A DNA stretch of 63,803 bases, filler included, from Nemertoderma westbladi (GCA_032718475.1; 3 parts of 3 records of this genome joined end to end with filler, not necessarily neighbours in it); one strand, 5' to 3'. Positions 1 through 12,549 are shown, numbered from the whole stretch's first letter. Numbers and translations: made by a program. The notes: generated by a model not told the origin, from the letters alone.

Positions 1-205
1 GGTTTGGTTAAACAATCTTACAATACCGCGGTCGGTTTGGTTAAACAATCTTACAATACCGCGGTCGGTTTGGTTAAACAATCTTACAATACCGCGGTCG
101 GTTTGGTTAAACAATCTTACAATACCGCGGTCGGTTTGGTTAAACAATCTTACAATACCGCGGTCGGTTTGGTTAAACAATCTTACAATACCGCGGTCGG
201 TCTGG
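1..205. repeat. 33-bp tandem repeat, 6 identical copies plus a degenerate partial; runs off the window start
   Basis: Unit GGTTTGGTTAAACAATCTTACAATACCGCGGTC at 1, 34, 67, 100, 133 and 166. Confidence 0.95.
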
Positions 206-341
206 TTATCATACAAACTTTTCATACAAATTAGAACAATGGAGAAAACTCAAGATGTGTTCTAGAAGTTTATTATTTCTAAGTTATTGATTACTTTACA
301 GCGTTAGGAGGATACCATCAGAGCGCCGATAAGTTGATATA

Positions 342-1167
342 TCGATGGTGTTTTATCATAACCACTTAACACTCAAAAACCTAATTGTTCAGGGGAGCAC
401 TTTTCTACATTCTAATTCCCCTATGGTACCTAAGAGATAATATTTGGTTCATAATGTAGATAATAAATCTTTCATGCGGTAAAACACCACAATTAGGATT
501 TTTTGTGACATTTAACCAATTTATCGATGTTTTTTTAGGATTTGAGTGGTTATGCAAAATTTTTTCACTTAAATTGTGATTTTTTATAACGACATATCTA
601 TTAATATGTTAGGCATACGAACAAAACAATCAGTGAAATCTGGCGAGACAGTCTTTTCATGAACTGCTAACTATCTGTCCTCCTATCTATCACTTTCGGC
701 TCCATAAAACCTGGACTCCATGACCAATACAATGCATTGTTTGAACAAACCAATTACCGGTATTCAATTAAATGTCAATTAAAAATGTAAAATATTTATT
801 TATCTGAAATCTGAAAAATCAGCCATGTAAAGAAGTTCTTGTAGTAGTTACAATTCGAATTTCCCGCCCATTGATAGTATATTGAGTCTGTGAGGGACGA
901 ATTTCATTCACCATCTCCTTATCTGTAATGATGGGCTATGGGTTTAAGTGGTTATGAAAAAAAAAGCCGTTTCCCTTGACTTAATGTAAAATTGGCATTT
1001 GAGTGGTTATGCAATTTTCTGAAATGCGCTGTAACTCAAGCACACGCAACAACTCTAGGCTCTAATACTTTAATAGAAGATTCGTAGAAGTCTAAATATG
1101 TCAAAAAACACAAAAACTCTATATTGACAAAAATGACATTTGAGTCGTTATGATAAAACACCATCGA
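342..1167. mobile_element. Non-autonomous DNA transposon (MITE), superfamily unassigned
   Basis: 21-bp TIR TCGATGGTGTTTTATCATAAC at 342 with its reverse complement ending at 1167. The TTGAGTGGTTATG motif recurs internally (~541, ~944, ~999). AT-rich flanks, no ORF. Confidence 0.75.
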
Positions 1168-1250
1168 AATAATAATATGTTTTAGTAAAGAGATACAAAC
1201 CGGTAATAGTTAGTTAGTTAAACCTAAAAGTATAAGTAGAGCTGATTGAG

Positions 1251-3749
1251 TTAGAATTTAATATAAACCAAACAGTTACGGACAGTTTCGTAAACAAATA
1301 ATCCTTTATAGGTTCCAGCAGCCAACCCACCGAATCCATCTACCGGCACCGCACCCAATAGGGATACTTTCCTTCCATCTACAACCCAGCGATAAACACC
1401 GACATATTGTTTATCATCTTCTTCTAAAGGAACTAAGAAATAATACGATCCGCCTTGGCGCAGCCACTCCACTCCCCCGATAGGGACGGATTTACCGCAA
1501 TCTAGAACGGATAGCGTTCCATTCAATACGAGGGTAACGTTGGGGTTGGAGCCGCGAACGTTATAGTGGCAGACGGATATCTTCCGTTCATTGGGTTGGA
1601 ATAGAACGGCGGTTAATGTGTTGTAGAGGTACCAACCGGTACCAATAAGTCTCCCGGGTTGATCGACACGGGAAATCCAACTAATCGAACAATCGTTTGT
1701 GTCAAATCGAATTATGTAATTATATTCAGTAATTACATGAACATAACAATCCCAATACCGTGACAACCCAGTTATAGACCCTAGAGGTCTACCGAGGTGT
1801 CTCTCGTTACCCAGACAACGATGTCGGACTTTCCCTCCAACCGCCTTTGTATCTATAAAAAACAGACAAACATCCGTCGCGGCGATCCAGATTGTATCGC
1901 TGCGACCCTCCAAGAATAGAATCGGTTTCTTTACGGCGTTGCAGTCGCTTTTTACCCCAACTGGTTCTCCACGTGGAGATAAAGAATCGTCGGCGTTGAC
2001 GTTATAGAAACAGATCCTGTTGGTTACGGAGTCGGTTATCCCCAGGATCCCGTCGCCACCACCAATCGGGCCGACTTTACCGATTCCCATTCTCCGACAA
2101 TCGATCTGACAAGTTTCCTTTATAGTCGGACGTTTTAGTAAAACTTTCTCGTATTGGAGGAGATTAAATCGCCTCTCCATTTCAACCCCCACTGGATCCC
2201 CCACCTTCTTCAGTTTCCCTGAATCCTCCACTTTCTCTACGTCCACTGGATCCCCCGCCTTCGCCAGACCCACTGGATCCCCCGCCTTCACCATACCCAC
2301 TGGATCCTCTACCTCCACTGGATCACCCACCTTTACCAGACCCACTGGATCCCCCGCCTTCAACAGACCCACCGGATCCCCCGCCTTCACAAGACCCACT
2401 GGATCCCCCGCCTTCACCAGACCTACTGGATCATCTACCTCCACTGGATCACCCACCTTCACCAGACCCACTGGATCCCCCGCCTTCACCAGACCCACTG
2501 GATCCCCCGCCTTCACCAGACCCACGGGATCCTCTACCTCCACTGGATCACCCACCTTCACCAGACCCAGTGGATCCCTCGCCTTCACCAGACCCACTGG
2601 ATCCCTCGCCTTCACCAGACCACCTGGATCCTCTTCCTTCTCCACCTCCACTGGATCCCCCACCTTCTCTCCTAAATCCCCTTCATTTACGACACAAACA
2701 CGACCGATAAACCCTCCCAACCCCTTTGGTAACTCGACTGGAACGAAACGTATTTCCGGCACCGCAACAAGTTCAACCTCAGAGATCCGCTGCTCGATTT
2801 CTTTGTATTTCTTTAGGATCTTCTTGGCTTCCGGTATTTCTTTGATCACCTCGGAATTCTTTATCTTCTTATAATATTCGTTCTCTTCGGGAATTCCAAT
2901 ATAAGCGAGATTTTCTTTTGCTGCGGATATTTTACCCGCCGTTTCGGTTTTTAGATCCCCAATCTCCTTCATCATCGCATCTTCAGCCGCCTTTAATTCG
3001 TTGTATAAACATTGGAAGTGTTTGCGGACGTCGTCGGTGGAAACTTTAGTGACATCGTCTAAATCCTCCAGAATTCCTTCCAACACTGTTAGTTTATTCT
3101 CCAATCGCGACCTCAACTTCCACGGACCGTCTACTAAGTTTCCTCGGATTGTTTGACAGACTTCGTTTGATCTTGAAATTTCGTGATCTTTAGAAACACC
3201 GTCAACTGAATGGCATTGACGGCATACCAGAGATTCGCATTTCTCGCAATAATGACGTTTGTTTAGACCGTGGATTCCACACAGATCCGGATCCGGTTCT
3301 TTAGATCCACCAACTGCTCCTTGTTTTTCCAGGTCGATGTCGTCAAAGCTGCATCCCGCCTGTCCACCCGCTGCTGCCGAATCAGTTTGGTTAACATCAC
3401 CACAGACATGGAAGAGTTCACATGGTCGGCACAATTCTGTCCCGCAATCTTTACAGGGATTCGTTCCTATATTTTTTCGACATCCCTCACAAGGCTTTTC
3501 TTTACGAATCAAATCGATCATAGCGGTGACGATATGACTGACGGCCGGCAACGATTCGAGTTTCTTCACCTCGGTGGGATTCCTACACCGCGGACATTCT
3601 ATCGATAGTCCATCACCGAGTTGTTTAGAAACTTTAGCGATACATTTGAAGCAAAACGAGTGAGAACACTTCAACACTCGCGGCTTCTCCAATAATCGTA
3701 GACAAATAGAACATTCCAACTCTCGTTCCAGTAATTGTTCTTGTTCCAT
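1251..3749 (-). CDS. Intronless TRIM-like E3 ubiquitin ligase (RING, B-box-like, B-box2, coiled coil, repeat linker, beta-rich C-terminal domain), 832 aa
   Basis: C3HC4 RING (CSIC..CSHSFCFKC..CPRC), CEGC..CKDC..CRPC..H, B-box2 (CGIH..CEKC..CRQC..H), helical region, then a C-terminus resembling a beta-propeller. Single uninterrupted ORF. Confidence 0.85.
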   Translation of the reverse strand: MEQEQLLERELECSICLRLLEKPRVLKCSHSFCFKCIAKVSKQLGDGLSIECPRCRNPTEVKKLESLPAVSHIVTAMIDLIRKEKPCEGCRKNIGTNPCKDCGTELCRPCELFHVCGDVNQTDSAAAGGQAGCSFDDIDLEKQGAVGGSKEPDPDLCGIHGLNKRHYCEKCESLVCRQCHSVDGVSKDHEISRSNEVCQTIRGNLVDGPWKLRSRLENKLTVLEGILEDLDDVTKVSTDDVRKHFQCLYNELKAAEDAMMKEIGDLKTETAGKISAAKENLAYIGIPEENEYYKKIKNSEVIKEIPEAKKILKKYKEIEQRISEVELVAVPEIRFVPVELPKGLGGFIGRVCVVNEGDLGEKVGDPVEVEKEEDPGGLVKARDPVGLVKARDPLGLVKVGDPVEVEDPVGLVKAGDPVGLVKAGDPVGLVKVGDPVEVDDPVGLVKAGDPVGLVKAGDPVGLLKAGDPVGLVKVGDPVEVEDPVGMVKAGDPVGLAKAGDPVDVEKVEDSGKLKKVGDPVGVEMERRFNLLQYEKVLLKRPTIKETCQIDCRRMGIGKVGPIGGGDGILGITDSVTNRICFYNVNADDSLSPRGEPVGVKSDCNAVKKPILFLEGRSDTIWIAATDVCLFFIDTKAVGGKVRHRCLGNERHLGRPLGSITGLSRYWDCYVHVITEYNYIIRFDTNDCSISWISRVDQPGRLIGTGWYLYNTLTAVLFQPNERKISVCHYNVRGSNPNVTLVLNGTLSVLDCGKSVPIGGVEWLRQGGSYYFLVPLEEDDKQYVGVYRWVVDGRKVSLLGAVPVDGFGGLAAGTYKGLFVYETVRNCLVYIKF
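2185..2665 (-). repeat. Coding minisatellite in the TRIM-like gene (27-bp GDPVGLVKA units mixed with shorter DPVEVE units)
   Basis: Repeated CACTGGATCCCCCGCCTTCACCAGACC on the + strand; reading frame preserved. Confidence 0.9.
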
Positions 3750-4699
3750 TATCAGACTGTCAGATAGTACAATTACAGAATTAGGCCTACTACAGTACTA
3801 CTGTACTGATCAGCTCACTGAATGTGGAATAACTGTTGTGTTTTACTGTACATCAATTTCAATTTCAATCTGGGAAGGCCCGGCCCTTTATTTAATCTCA
3901 CAGCAGACAATATTATGATGACAATACCATATTATACTTACAATTATCACAATTCAGCAATTAACAATACAATTTCTTTCATCAATACACAAAATACAGA
4001 TATTATTACAACAGGATAAGTTTGAATGATATAAATTGAATTGCACCAACGGATTGCACTGTGATTAACACTGAGATTAACTGTGATTGCAGTTATAATA
4101 AATTTATTTATCCAAATTTAAAATGCGTTAAATTATTATTACTGTAGGATAAATCAGCTGGTTTTCTGACAAATTTTGCAATACATTGGGGCAGTCTGCA
4201 TGTACCATGTGTACCGGTACTGTCAGGCTGTACTCAATCCCTGAATCGAGAACCCAGTCAATACTGCAATACTGGTCAGCCGGTACCATACACTGCAGAC
4301 ATGCCATATCATGTAATCTAATTAAAGCAACCGGCAACCCTTGCGGTGATTATAGTTTAGGCCTAATTCAGTAATTAGCCCAGTACCGGTGACCGGCACC
4401 GGTAATAATAATATAATAGTTTAGATAGTTACCGCTAATCATTCAGTTATTGGCACGGTACACCGTATTGCTGTACTGCCGTTGTAGTGCGCACCGTAGG
4501 TACCACCCTACTACCGGTACCGGCTGACCGGTGGCAACCAGCACTTCAGCACTTGCAGACTTGCACAGCAACAGCACTACTGGCGATATACAGGTTGGAA
4601 TTTATGTAGAGTTTGCTGAACAGTACAGATATAAAATAGTTATCTAAATTATATATATTGCTATTGACAAGTATTGAAATATATACCGTTATTCGTGTT

Positions 4700-5085
4700 A
4701 TCAGTATTTGCAACATCTGACATTGAAGAGGTGAGAGAAGATGAATACCGGCACTCAACAAAACCAACGCTTATCACAGGTCGGTATGGTTACGGTACCT
4801 CGAAACCGGCGCGACTGTCCACTCGAATACAACTTCAAAACACAAATGCCAACAATAAACTGAAAGCGAATCGAACGTCTTCAGAAGAATCTGTCATTGG
4901 GACGAAGAAAAGGAAGCCGAAACCACGGGAATGGACCACAGCTAAGATTGAATGCTCCCATTGTCAGAGTTCCTGGACCGAAATTGAAACACCAATTGCC
5001 GATGGGCTTGATCTCTCAAACCAAAACTTCCTCTGCGGGGTTTGCGCGGCAGTAAAGATTGAAAGTCTGGAAGCTGGCATCCCTA
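4700..5085 (+). pseudogene. Probable LINE ORF1 fragment with a PHD-like Cys cluster
   Basis: CSHC...FLCGVC followed by the start of a coiled coil (KIESLE), as in CR1/L2-group ORF1. Coding character is lost after ~5085. Confidence 0.4.
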
Positions 5086-5479
5086 GGTATTATTATTATA
5101 AAGAGCGTCAGCCTGCGTTTAATAAATATATTTTAATACAAAACAGGTCGAACGCAAAGAGGATTATAATGAAGACGAGTACTGCATTGATTATATTCCT
5201 ATAAACCACCTGGCTTTGCATATTGAACGTGCGTTTGGAAATAAGTTCGTGCTACCCTTCCGTGGGTGGTAGATGTCGCGGTTATGTATTGGTGGGTGGG
5301 GGGAGGGGGGGGGGGGGGGTGTGCAGATTAAAAGGGGTGAACACGTACTGTCCCCCTTTCTTTGATTAATTGGTGGTGTGGGTTAATATCTCATAACCTG
5401 ATTTTGTGATACAGTCGCACAATTTTAATTTGTATCTCATAACTGGGCCTCGTGCTGCGCGAAGGCCCCACGAACGTGT

Positions 5480-7290
5480 TTCCTGTATTTGTTCCGTAAC
5501 TGTAGTCGTTATATGTTTTCGGAATCCGTGTTGTGCAGGGGAAAGTAAATCGAACTTGTTTAGATATGCCAGTAGTTGAGAGTTGATAACACGTTCGTAT
5601 ATTTTAGTGAAAAGCGGTAATATCGAAATGGGACGGTAATTATTTTTATCCGTGGGATCGCCAGTTTTAAAAACTGGGATTATTTTTGCAATTTTAAGTA
5701 AATCTGGAAAAAAACCATTTATGACGGATAATTTAATTAAATGAGTTAAGTGGGGGGCTATTGTATGAGCTGCTAATTTCACCAGGTAGACCGGAAATTC
5801 ATCATATGTTGAAACGTGGTTGTCTATATCAAGTAAAAAATAGAGAATTTCGGTCTCACATGGTTCTATTAAACAAAACGATTTGTAATTACAATTTTTT
5901 ATAAGCGTGTTGGATTTCTATTAGTTTTCGGAATTTGCTCAGCTAATTGGGGTCCAATGGTAGAGAAATGTTTGTTTAGTATATTTGCAATGGATCTACT
6001 GTCAGTGGTTACGTTTCCAGGTGAGCCGGTATTAATTTTAACAGGGGCAGATAGTTTTTTTGATCTATGTAAAGCTAAATTTATTGTTTGCCATGTTTTT
6101 TTACTGTTGTTTTTATGTTTATCGAATTCCAGCTCATAATATTTTTTTTCCGCAATACGAAGGGTTTTTGTTAATTGATTCCTATATGATTTGTACTCTG
6201 ATAGTTTTGAGTCCGTAGGTTTTGACATTAGAGATGCATATAGTTTATTTTTTTTTATTACACATTTCACTAGACTATGCGTCATCCATGGTTTTTTTGG
6301 AATATATTTTTGTTTTGTTTCCTTTTTTGGCAAATGTTTTGAGCACAATGAGTCAAAATCTTTATAAAAATTAGTAAATTTTTCTTTGTTTGGTATTGAG
6401 TCCATTTTATACGACCAATTGTTGGGATTTTGTAAATCAGAGATAAACCTTTCTTTGTTTAATTTACTGTAATCATAAGTTAGTCGTTTTGTTTCAGTTG
6501 ATGTCAAATAGCAATCGAAGTCATTAAATACAATAAAAGTTGCCAAGTGATCCGTGGTTCCCATTTCTGATAGAAATACTCCGGCTGAAACGAATTTGTC
6601 AGTAATGTTAGTACAAATGTGGTCGATCAAAGTTTTAGAGTACAGAGTAATTCTAGTCGGCTGTTTTATAACCTGTTGGAAGCCGTAAGTGTTTAGTGTA
6701 TTGTAGTAGTTGTTTGTGGTGCTGTTCAGTTTCATAGTATTAATGTTTGTATCACCTGTAATTACAGTGTTTAGTTTAAGGTCCGTAATTTCATTAAGGA
6801 GTCTGTTGAGTTCATCGTTAGATTTAGATTCCGTGCAAGTATCCGGTCTGTATATAGTTCCTACTAGTAATGGTTTTCGGTTTGTAGTGTTAGCTCCGCC
6901 TGGTTTCAGTAGAACCCAAGATGATTCACAACCATCCAGTTTAAAGTCCTGTACTGTATATTGTAGACCCTATTTGAAATATATAGCGGTTCCTCCCCTG
7001 TCTAGTCTACCGTATTTTCTGTTGTTTACTAGTGGACCGATGTAGCCGTCTAGTTTGACCATGGTGAGGTCTGTTTCGTCGGTGAGAAAAGTTTCAGTGA
7101 ATGTTAATATGTCAAACTGATTGTTCATTAGGTCCAAGTGATTTGTAGTGTCTTGTAAGTTTTTTCGAAGACTTCTGCAGTTTAAATGAAATACAGATAA
7201 AGACTTTTTACCATTTTCCGGCTGTTCGAGAAGAGTATTGTACGAATCATGATCAAAGTAGTCGGAGCTATTAATAGTGGACTCTGGATT
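5480..7290 (-). mobile_element. Decayed CR1/L2-group (Crack/Daphne-like) LINE ORF2: APE endonuclease plus N-terminal RT, with stops and frameshifts
   Basis: Minus strand reads SVFHLNCRSL, FTETFL, RGGTAIY, PTRIT..KTLIDHI, TDHL, KPWMT, KIIPVFKTGD..NYRPISILP..QHGFR. Truncated inside the RT. Confidence 0.85.
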
Positions 7291-8702
7291 TCGAACAATG
7301 CGGATTTGATTTCCTCCCGTAGGTCAGCCTGGGAGGCTTTTAGGTCGGCCAGGTCAGCAGGTTGTCTAGGATTTGTTGCCCCACGCTACCCCATGTCTGA
7401 GTAGGCGGCATGTTGCTGTGTTGCGTTCTGCCGTCAGCCGTTAGGCAGTGCAGCAGAGGTAAATACAGTTTGTAGGCTGGGGCCTGGTGGGCTGGGCAGA
7501 ATGTTGATCCGATACTTCAGTTCAGTTTCAGTACTTCAGTTCCTGGCCTAATCCCTGTGCCCTGTCTGCTGCTACCGGTAGTACATGCTTATTGCAGATT
7601 TGGTTTCGAGTTTAAGTAATTAATCCTCTCCATCATACCTGCCTGCATACTGTGGGGTGGCCTACTTCTGTACTTGCAGAACTTTAATACTGTAATATAA
7701 TAACACAATTCCATGCAGATACTGTAATATCCACGAAGTAAGAAAAATGGTTATACATATACGTAGGTATATAACCATCCACAGGTTAGTTATAACACAA
7801 TTACACCCACATAATAGCCACGAAGCTGGCCTATGCTGCTATGTGAAGAATACCAGACTTTCTGCCGTGATATTTCACTTTGCAGTTACCCCCCATGTGA
7901 AGAATACCAGGTTTTCACCAAAAACACAGGTTACAGAAGGGTTGAATATAACCAAAACAATAAACGAATTAGTATATGTACAGGTTATAAGACAGAAATA
8001 AACGCTATAAAACACTTAAATGTCAAAGATAAATTATAAAAAATAAACAATCTTCACAAATAAAATTCCAATAAAAAGTCGATCGAAAAGTGAAATACTG
8101 GTATTCTTCACATATGGGCGCTATAAAACACTTAATAAAGATAAATTTAAAAACTTCTCATGGGCATTCTTCACATGGGCGACGAAGCTAATTAGCTTGG
8201 TTAATTACCTGCGTGGAATTGTGTTATTATACTGTTTGTATTAAAGTCTCTTTCTTAGCGAAAGTAGTTGATTCAATATCCAATATTTATTGGTTTATGT
8301 ACAGTAGTTAAGCGGCTCTCTAGTTACGTAATAAATATTCGAGAACACTAAATTATTTAACATTGAGTAAGGCAGCATCCGGAGTTTAAGAGTCCAGTAA
8401 TTAGAATTACAGTAACTATGGAAGCAATATAGTAAAATACAATACTATAGTTCAATTTATTTTGTATCACTATATCGCTCAATATTTTATTAACCCTTTT
8501 AGTACTATGTCCCACCTGTTGTACCATAACCACCTGCGCTATGTCCCAACTGTTGTACCATGGCATCTCACTTGATAAGCAGGCCATCCACCACCCAACA
8601 GCGCCTTAGAAAGTGTTCCAATTCACTATTCAGTGCCTTAGGACAATAATTTTTGAAATTTTTTTGCAGCCATTTGATTGGCTAATGGGTTTACCTTGCC
8701 TT

Positions 8703-9580
8703 CTATGGAGATTCAAATCTAGGCCTTTTACTTCCAACTTTGCTGCCTTTGTTGAGGCAGGGCGAATTGGTTGTAGGTAGATTGTTGACTACTATCCAAC
8801 TTGACAAAATCAAAGCTACATTTATTAAACGTCTGTTAGGTCTACATATTTCGACATCCACCACATTGGCACTAAAACTTGTAAATGAACCAACACTAGT
8901 AGAATCTATTATAGAAAAACATCCTAACATATTCGACAACGAAATCCAATCCCAATACAGACAGCACAGGCTCGAACGCATTAACAACTTTAACATAGAA
9001 CAATACATTCTCGGTCCTGCCTTCACTTCCAATACCTGGAAGCTTCCTGGTCAGAAAAACCGTCACATCACTACTAGAACTACAGCACACGGCTTTCACC
9101 ATAAATTGTGTCTTAACAACAAGCCATTCCACGAACTAACACCGGACTGCCAATGCAAATACTGCCACAACTCCTGTGCCTTTCGATATCACGTCCTTGA
9201 CTGCCCCAACGTCCCCTCGCTCTCTCAGCTTGCCTCATAGACCGCCCCACTCACACACTACATACACAATCCAAATTACTGTCACCCATCAAAAACGGTA
9301 CACAACCAAACACTGACACACACCAAAATTAACTGCTACACTCACACTCACAGCTACAACCTACATCAACTTACTACAGTAGGTTTATTAATTATATTGT
9401 TATATATTCCCGGTATGTATACTGTACTTACTGTTTCAATTACTGTGTCCCCGTTACGTACGTGTATTATTTCTGCATAGTGTATACTCCCGGTTACTGT
9501 TACTTACTGTTTAACTCTTACTGTTTCTTATGTTTAATTTACCCCGAGTGGGGGTGTATATTATAATTAAAAAAAAAAAA
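8703..9580 (+). mobile_element. 5'-truncated non-LTR retrotransposon 3' end nested in the piggyBac
   Basis: ORF end LDKIKATFIKRLLGL...CKYC..HVLDCP (C-terminal zinc knuckle), then a 3' UTR and poly(A) at ~9569-9580. Confidence 0.7.
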
Positions 9581-10070
9581 TTATACATTACGGGGTACCG
9601 TGCCCTAAACCCTGGAGTGGTTTGTTATCTCGTTTGTGATTGGATAACACATCATAATATTATCCTGTAGGTGACTAAAGCTACTACGTTCCATCCATCC
9701 ATTTGTTAGTAATTGTATATTCAGTCAGTCATTTGTGAATCAATTTACGGCACTGCTGCACTTATGTGTATGACGTATGCTGTTTTTTATTAGGCCTATA
9801 ATTATCATATAAATTTATAATAATTATTTATTACCGGTATAGGCCTATATCAATTAATTATTATTATTATTATTACCGGTACGTAGTGCGTAGTGAATTA
9901 GAATTACGGTAGAATTTATTCTCATAATATATACTGTAATAGGCCTAGTGAAATTAAGTGTAGCCTATTACCGGCAGCCTACTTGTGCCATTTGGAATAT
10001 ACTGATATATACTATTTATTATATTATATAATACGATTATCTGAGCAAGCGGAAGAAATGTACGTATCAG

Positions 10071-10286
10071 GATTCACTGCCTTCAACGTCATCTTCTCCT
10101 GCTCCACCAATTGTGGTTCACTGTATTGCGGAGATTCCACCAACTGCTACCGACGCAAAGCCCCGTAACCGTTGCCGCGAGTGTTACTCTAAGGGTATCC
10201 AAAAAAAGACCCGGTTTTATTGCCCTCAATGCCCCAATACACCGGCATTGTGCATGGCATGTTCAAAAAGTTACCACACAGCGTAA
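10071..10286 (+). pseudogene. piggyBac transposase C-terminal cysteine-rich domain (not in the ORF track)
   Basis: Own translation: ...VHCIAEIPPTATDAKPRNRCRECYSKGIQKKTRFYCPQCPNTPALCMACSKSYHTA*. Confidence 0.85.
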
Positions 10287-10444
10287 TTTCAACATACAAA
10301 CTTTACTCTGAATCACCATAATATTTCTAAATATTTTATGCACTTATATTCACTTGGTATACAGTATACCGGTATTTGTTATATTGTAATGGCATTTTCA
10401 TTTTTTTATAAATATAGCTGTACTTTTTATAAAATAAACTGGAC

Positions 10445-11015
10445 AAATGTTGAATTCTACGTCATTCAATGGCCCATCAGAGCTGTTAGAAATTTATTAG
10501 GAATTCGTAATAAGAAACTGATCGGATTCTAACATATTTTGTCAGACAAACAAAAACATGACAGACAGACAGACAATATCAGAAGAACGGCTAATTGAAT
10601 TAAGAAACTATTGTCAGATTCGAATTCCTCGACTTCGATTACCCAAAAAAGTGAATCTGTTTCACTTCAAACACAATCCCAATATTTGACGAACAGACAG
10701 ACAGACAATATTGGCTGAACGGATAAATAATTTAATAATCTGAACCAATGTTTGAATTCTACGTCATTCAGTGCCACTTGGGAGCTGTTAGATGTTTCTT
10801 AAGAATTCGTAATAACAAACTGATTAGATAGTAATATTTTGACAGACAGACATAATAACATGACAGACAGACAGACAATATCAGAAGAACGGCTAATCGA
10901 ATGAATAAGTTATTGTTAGATTCGAATTCCACGGCATTGATTACCCAAAAGGAGATTCAGATTTCAGTTGAAACACAATTTTTCTATTTGACAGACAGAC
11001 AGACAGACAGACAAC
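10445..11015. repeat. ~300-bp imperfect direct duplication with (GACA)n runs in the piggyBac right subterminal region
   Basis: TTGAATTCTACGTCATTCA at ~10450 and ~10752; GACAATATCAGAAGAACGGCTAAT present in both copies. Confidence 0.8.
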
Positions 11016-11699
11016 AGACACATAAGGAAGGATAGGCTGTACAGAAAAACAGACTTCGGAAATGAAATCTACGGTAAAAACAACCTCATAATTGGGGAAA
11101 CATAGATTATTTTGAAAGGAAGCAAGCCTGTGACATTTGTTGAAGTTTAAGAAATATTTTTATAATTTCATAAAATATATTCAGGTTCTGGAGGTACAAG
11201 ATATTTTCCAATTCAGTACTAAAAGGGTTAAAGAATTTAGCATCAAAAAGTACTAATTTAAGAATAAAATTACGTATTTCATCGGAAAAAAACGTTGAAC
11301 ATTTTTTTCAATATTCTCTCGACCCATTATTAACTTAATACATATTTTACTTGTTAATAATCTACTTTCAAAGTTCCTGTTTTTACTATTTTTCAATCAA
11401 ATTCTATGTATTCTGTAATACGTATACTTATTTTAATTCTGTGCGTCGCATATACTGTACCTTCTGTACAGTAATTTATAATAAATCACGTGTATAGGCC
11501 TACTACAATAAAAGTGACATTAAATTAACTTTTCAGTTTAAAATATATCAGTTACGTAGGTACAGTTTAAAAGAAAATCAATTTATACAAATAAACACTG
11601 TTAGGCCTATAAAATAATTCGTTACTGTATGAAGTTCAATAAAATACAATGTTTGTTATCTTAATTAATAATCATAATAAATGTATTCATTTGAATTTT

Positions 11700-12462
11700 C
11701 AGTTAGCAGCTGCTGTATGTAGTAGTCTTTGCGGTTGTGTTTGAACTTATAAAGTTTTCACGTTCGTTAAGCTTTGAGGCTGTTCGTTCCAAATTTTTGG
11801 GCCCAAGTAAGTGAACGCTTTCTTACCGCAAACTGTCGTACAATGGGGGAGCACAGCTGATTACTCAGTAGAACGCAGTGAGTGTGTTTGACAACGAATG
11901 TTAACGAAGTCTGACATGTAATCGGGGGATATGTTGTTAACAATTTTGAACATATGTGATGCTATAACTGCCTTTATTCTTTCGTTTAGAGGGAGCCAAT
12001 TTATTTCTTTGAAGTGTTGGATTCCGATATATTCACGAGGACCGTAACCAAGGTAATATCTAACACATTTCCTCTGCAGTGCTTCCAATTGCTTACGAAA
12101 GCGTTGAGTTATGCTGTAAAACCAAGTAGATGCGGCGTAATCGATATGTGGCTGTATTTCAATCTGTTGTTACATTTCTTTATTACCTTTGTGGCCATCT
12201 CGGTCCCACTTAGATGTTGGTCTAGCACGGAGCCAAGGTAAGTGACCGATTTTGCATTTTTTATACGTTGTCCACCACAATAGACTTCTAGTTCAGGAGA
12301 GGAAGCTATCTTATGGTGTGTTCCAATGAGTATGCTGTAGGTCTTATCAAAGTTTATTGTCAATATATTTTGAGCGCACCAGTTGAAGAATACTCTGTCC
12401 ATTGTCCTGTCATTAATTCTGAGTTATCATTGGTTTTTATTAAGTTTGTGTCATCAGCAAAG
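11700..12462 (-). mobile_element. Decayed CR1/L2-group LINE RT C-terminal fragment
   Basis: FADDTNL at ~12460, then WC.QN.LTINFDKT, VTYLGSVLD, LQRKCVR, INWLPLNERI. Confidence 0.75.
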
Positions 12463-12549
12463 GTTGGGACCAGGGTGTCATCCTCTATTACGTTTATATG
12501 TTATATATATTACGGTTTTTATGTGTCATGTTGATGTTATGGAAGAATA

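Larger units (their letters stand above)
8494..11227 (+). mobile_element. Internally deleted piggyBac transposon
   Basis: TTAA (8490-8493) + TIR CCCTTTTAGTACT ... AGTACTAAAAGGG + TTAA (11228-11231). Retains the transposase C-terminal Cys-rich domain. Confidence 0.9.

Noticed and set aside
1-205. CRISPR-like 33-bp repeats
   Set aside because: Units are directly adjacent with no spacers, the context is eukaryotic, and there are no cas genes.
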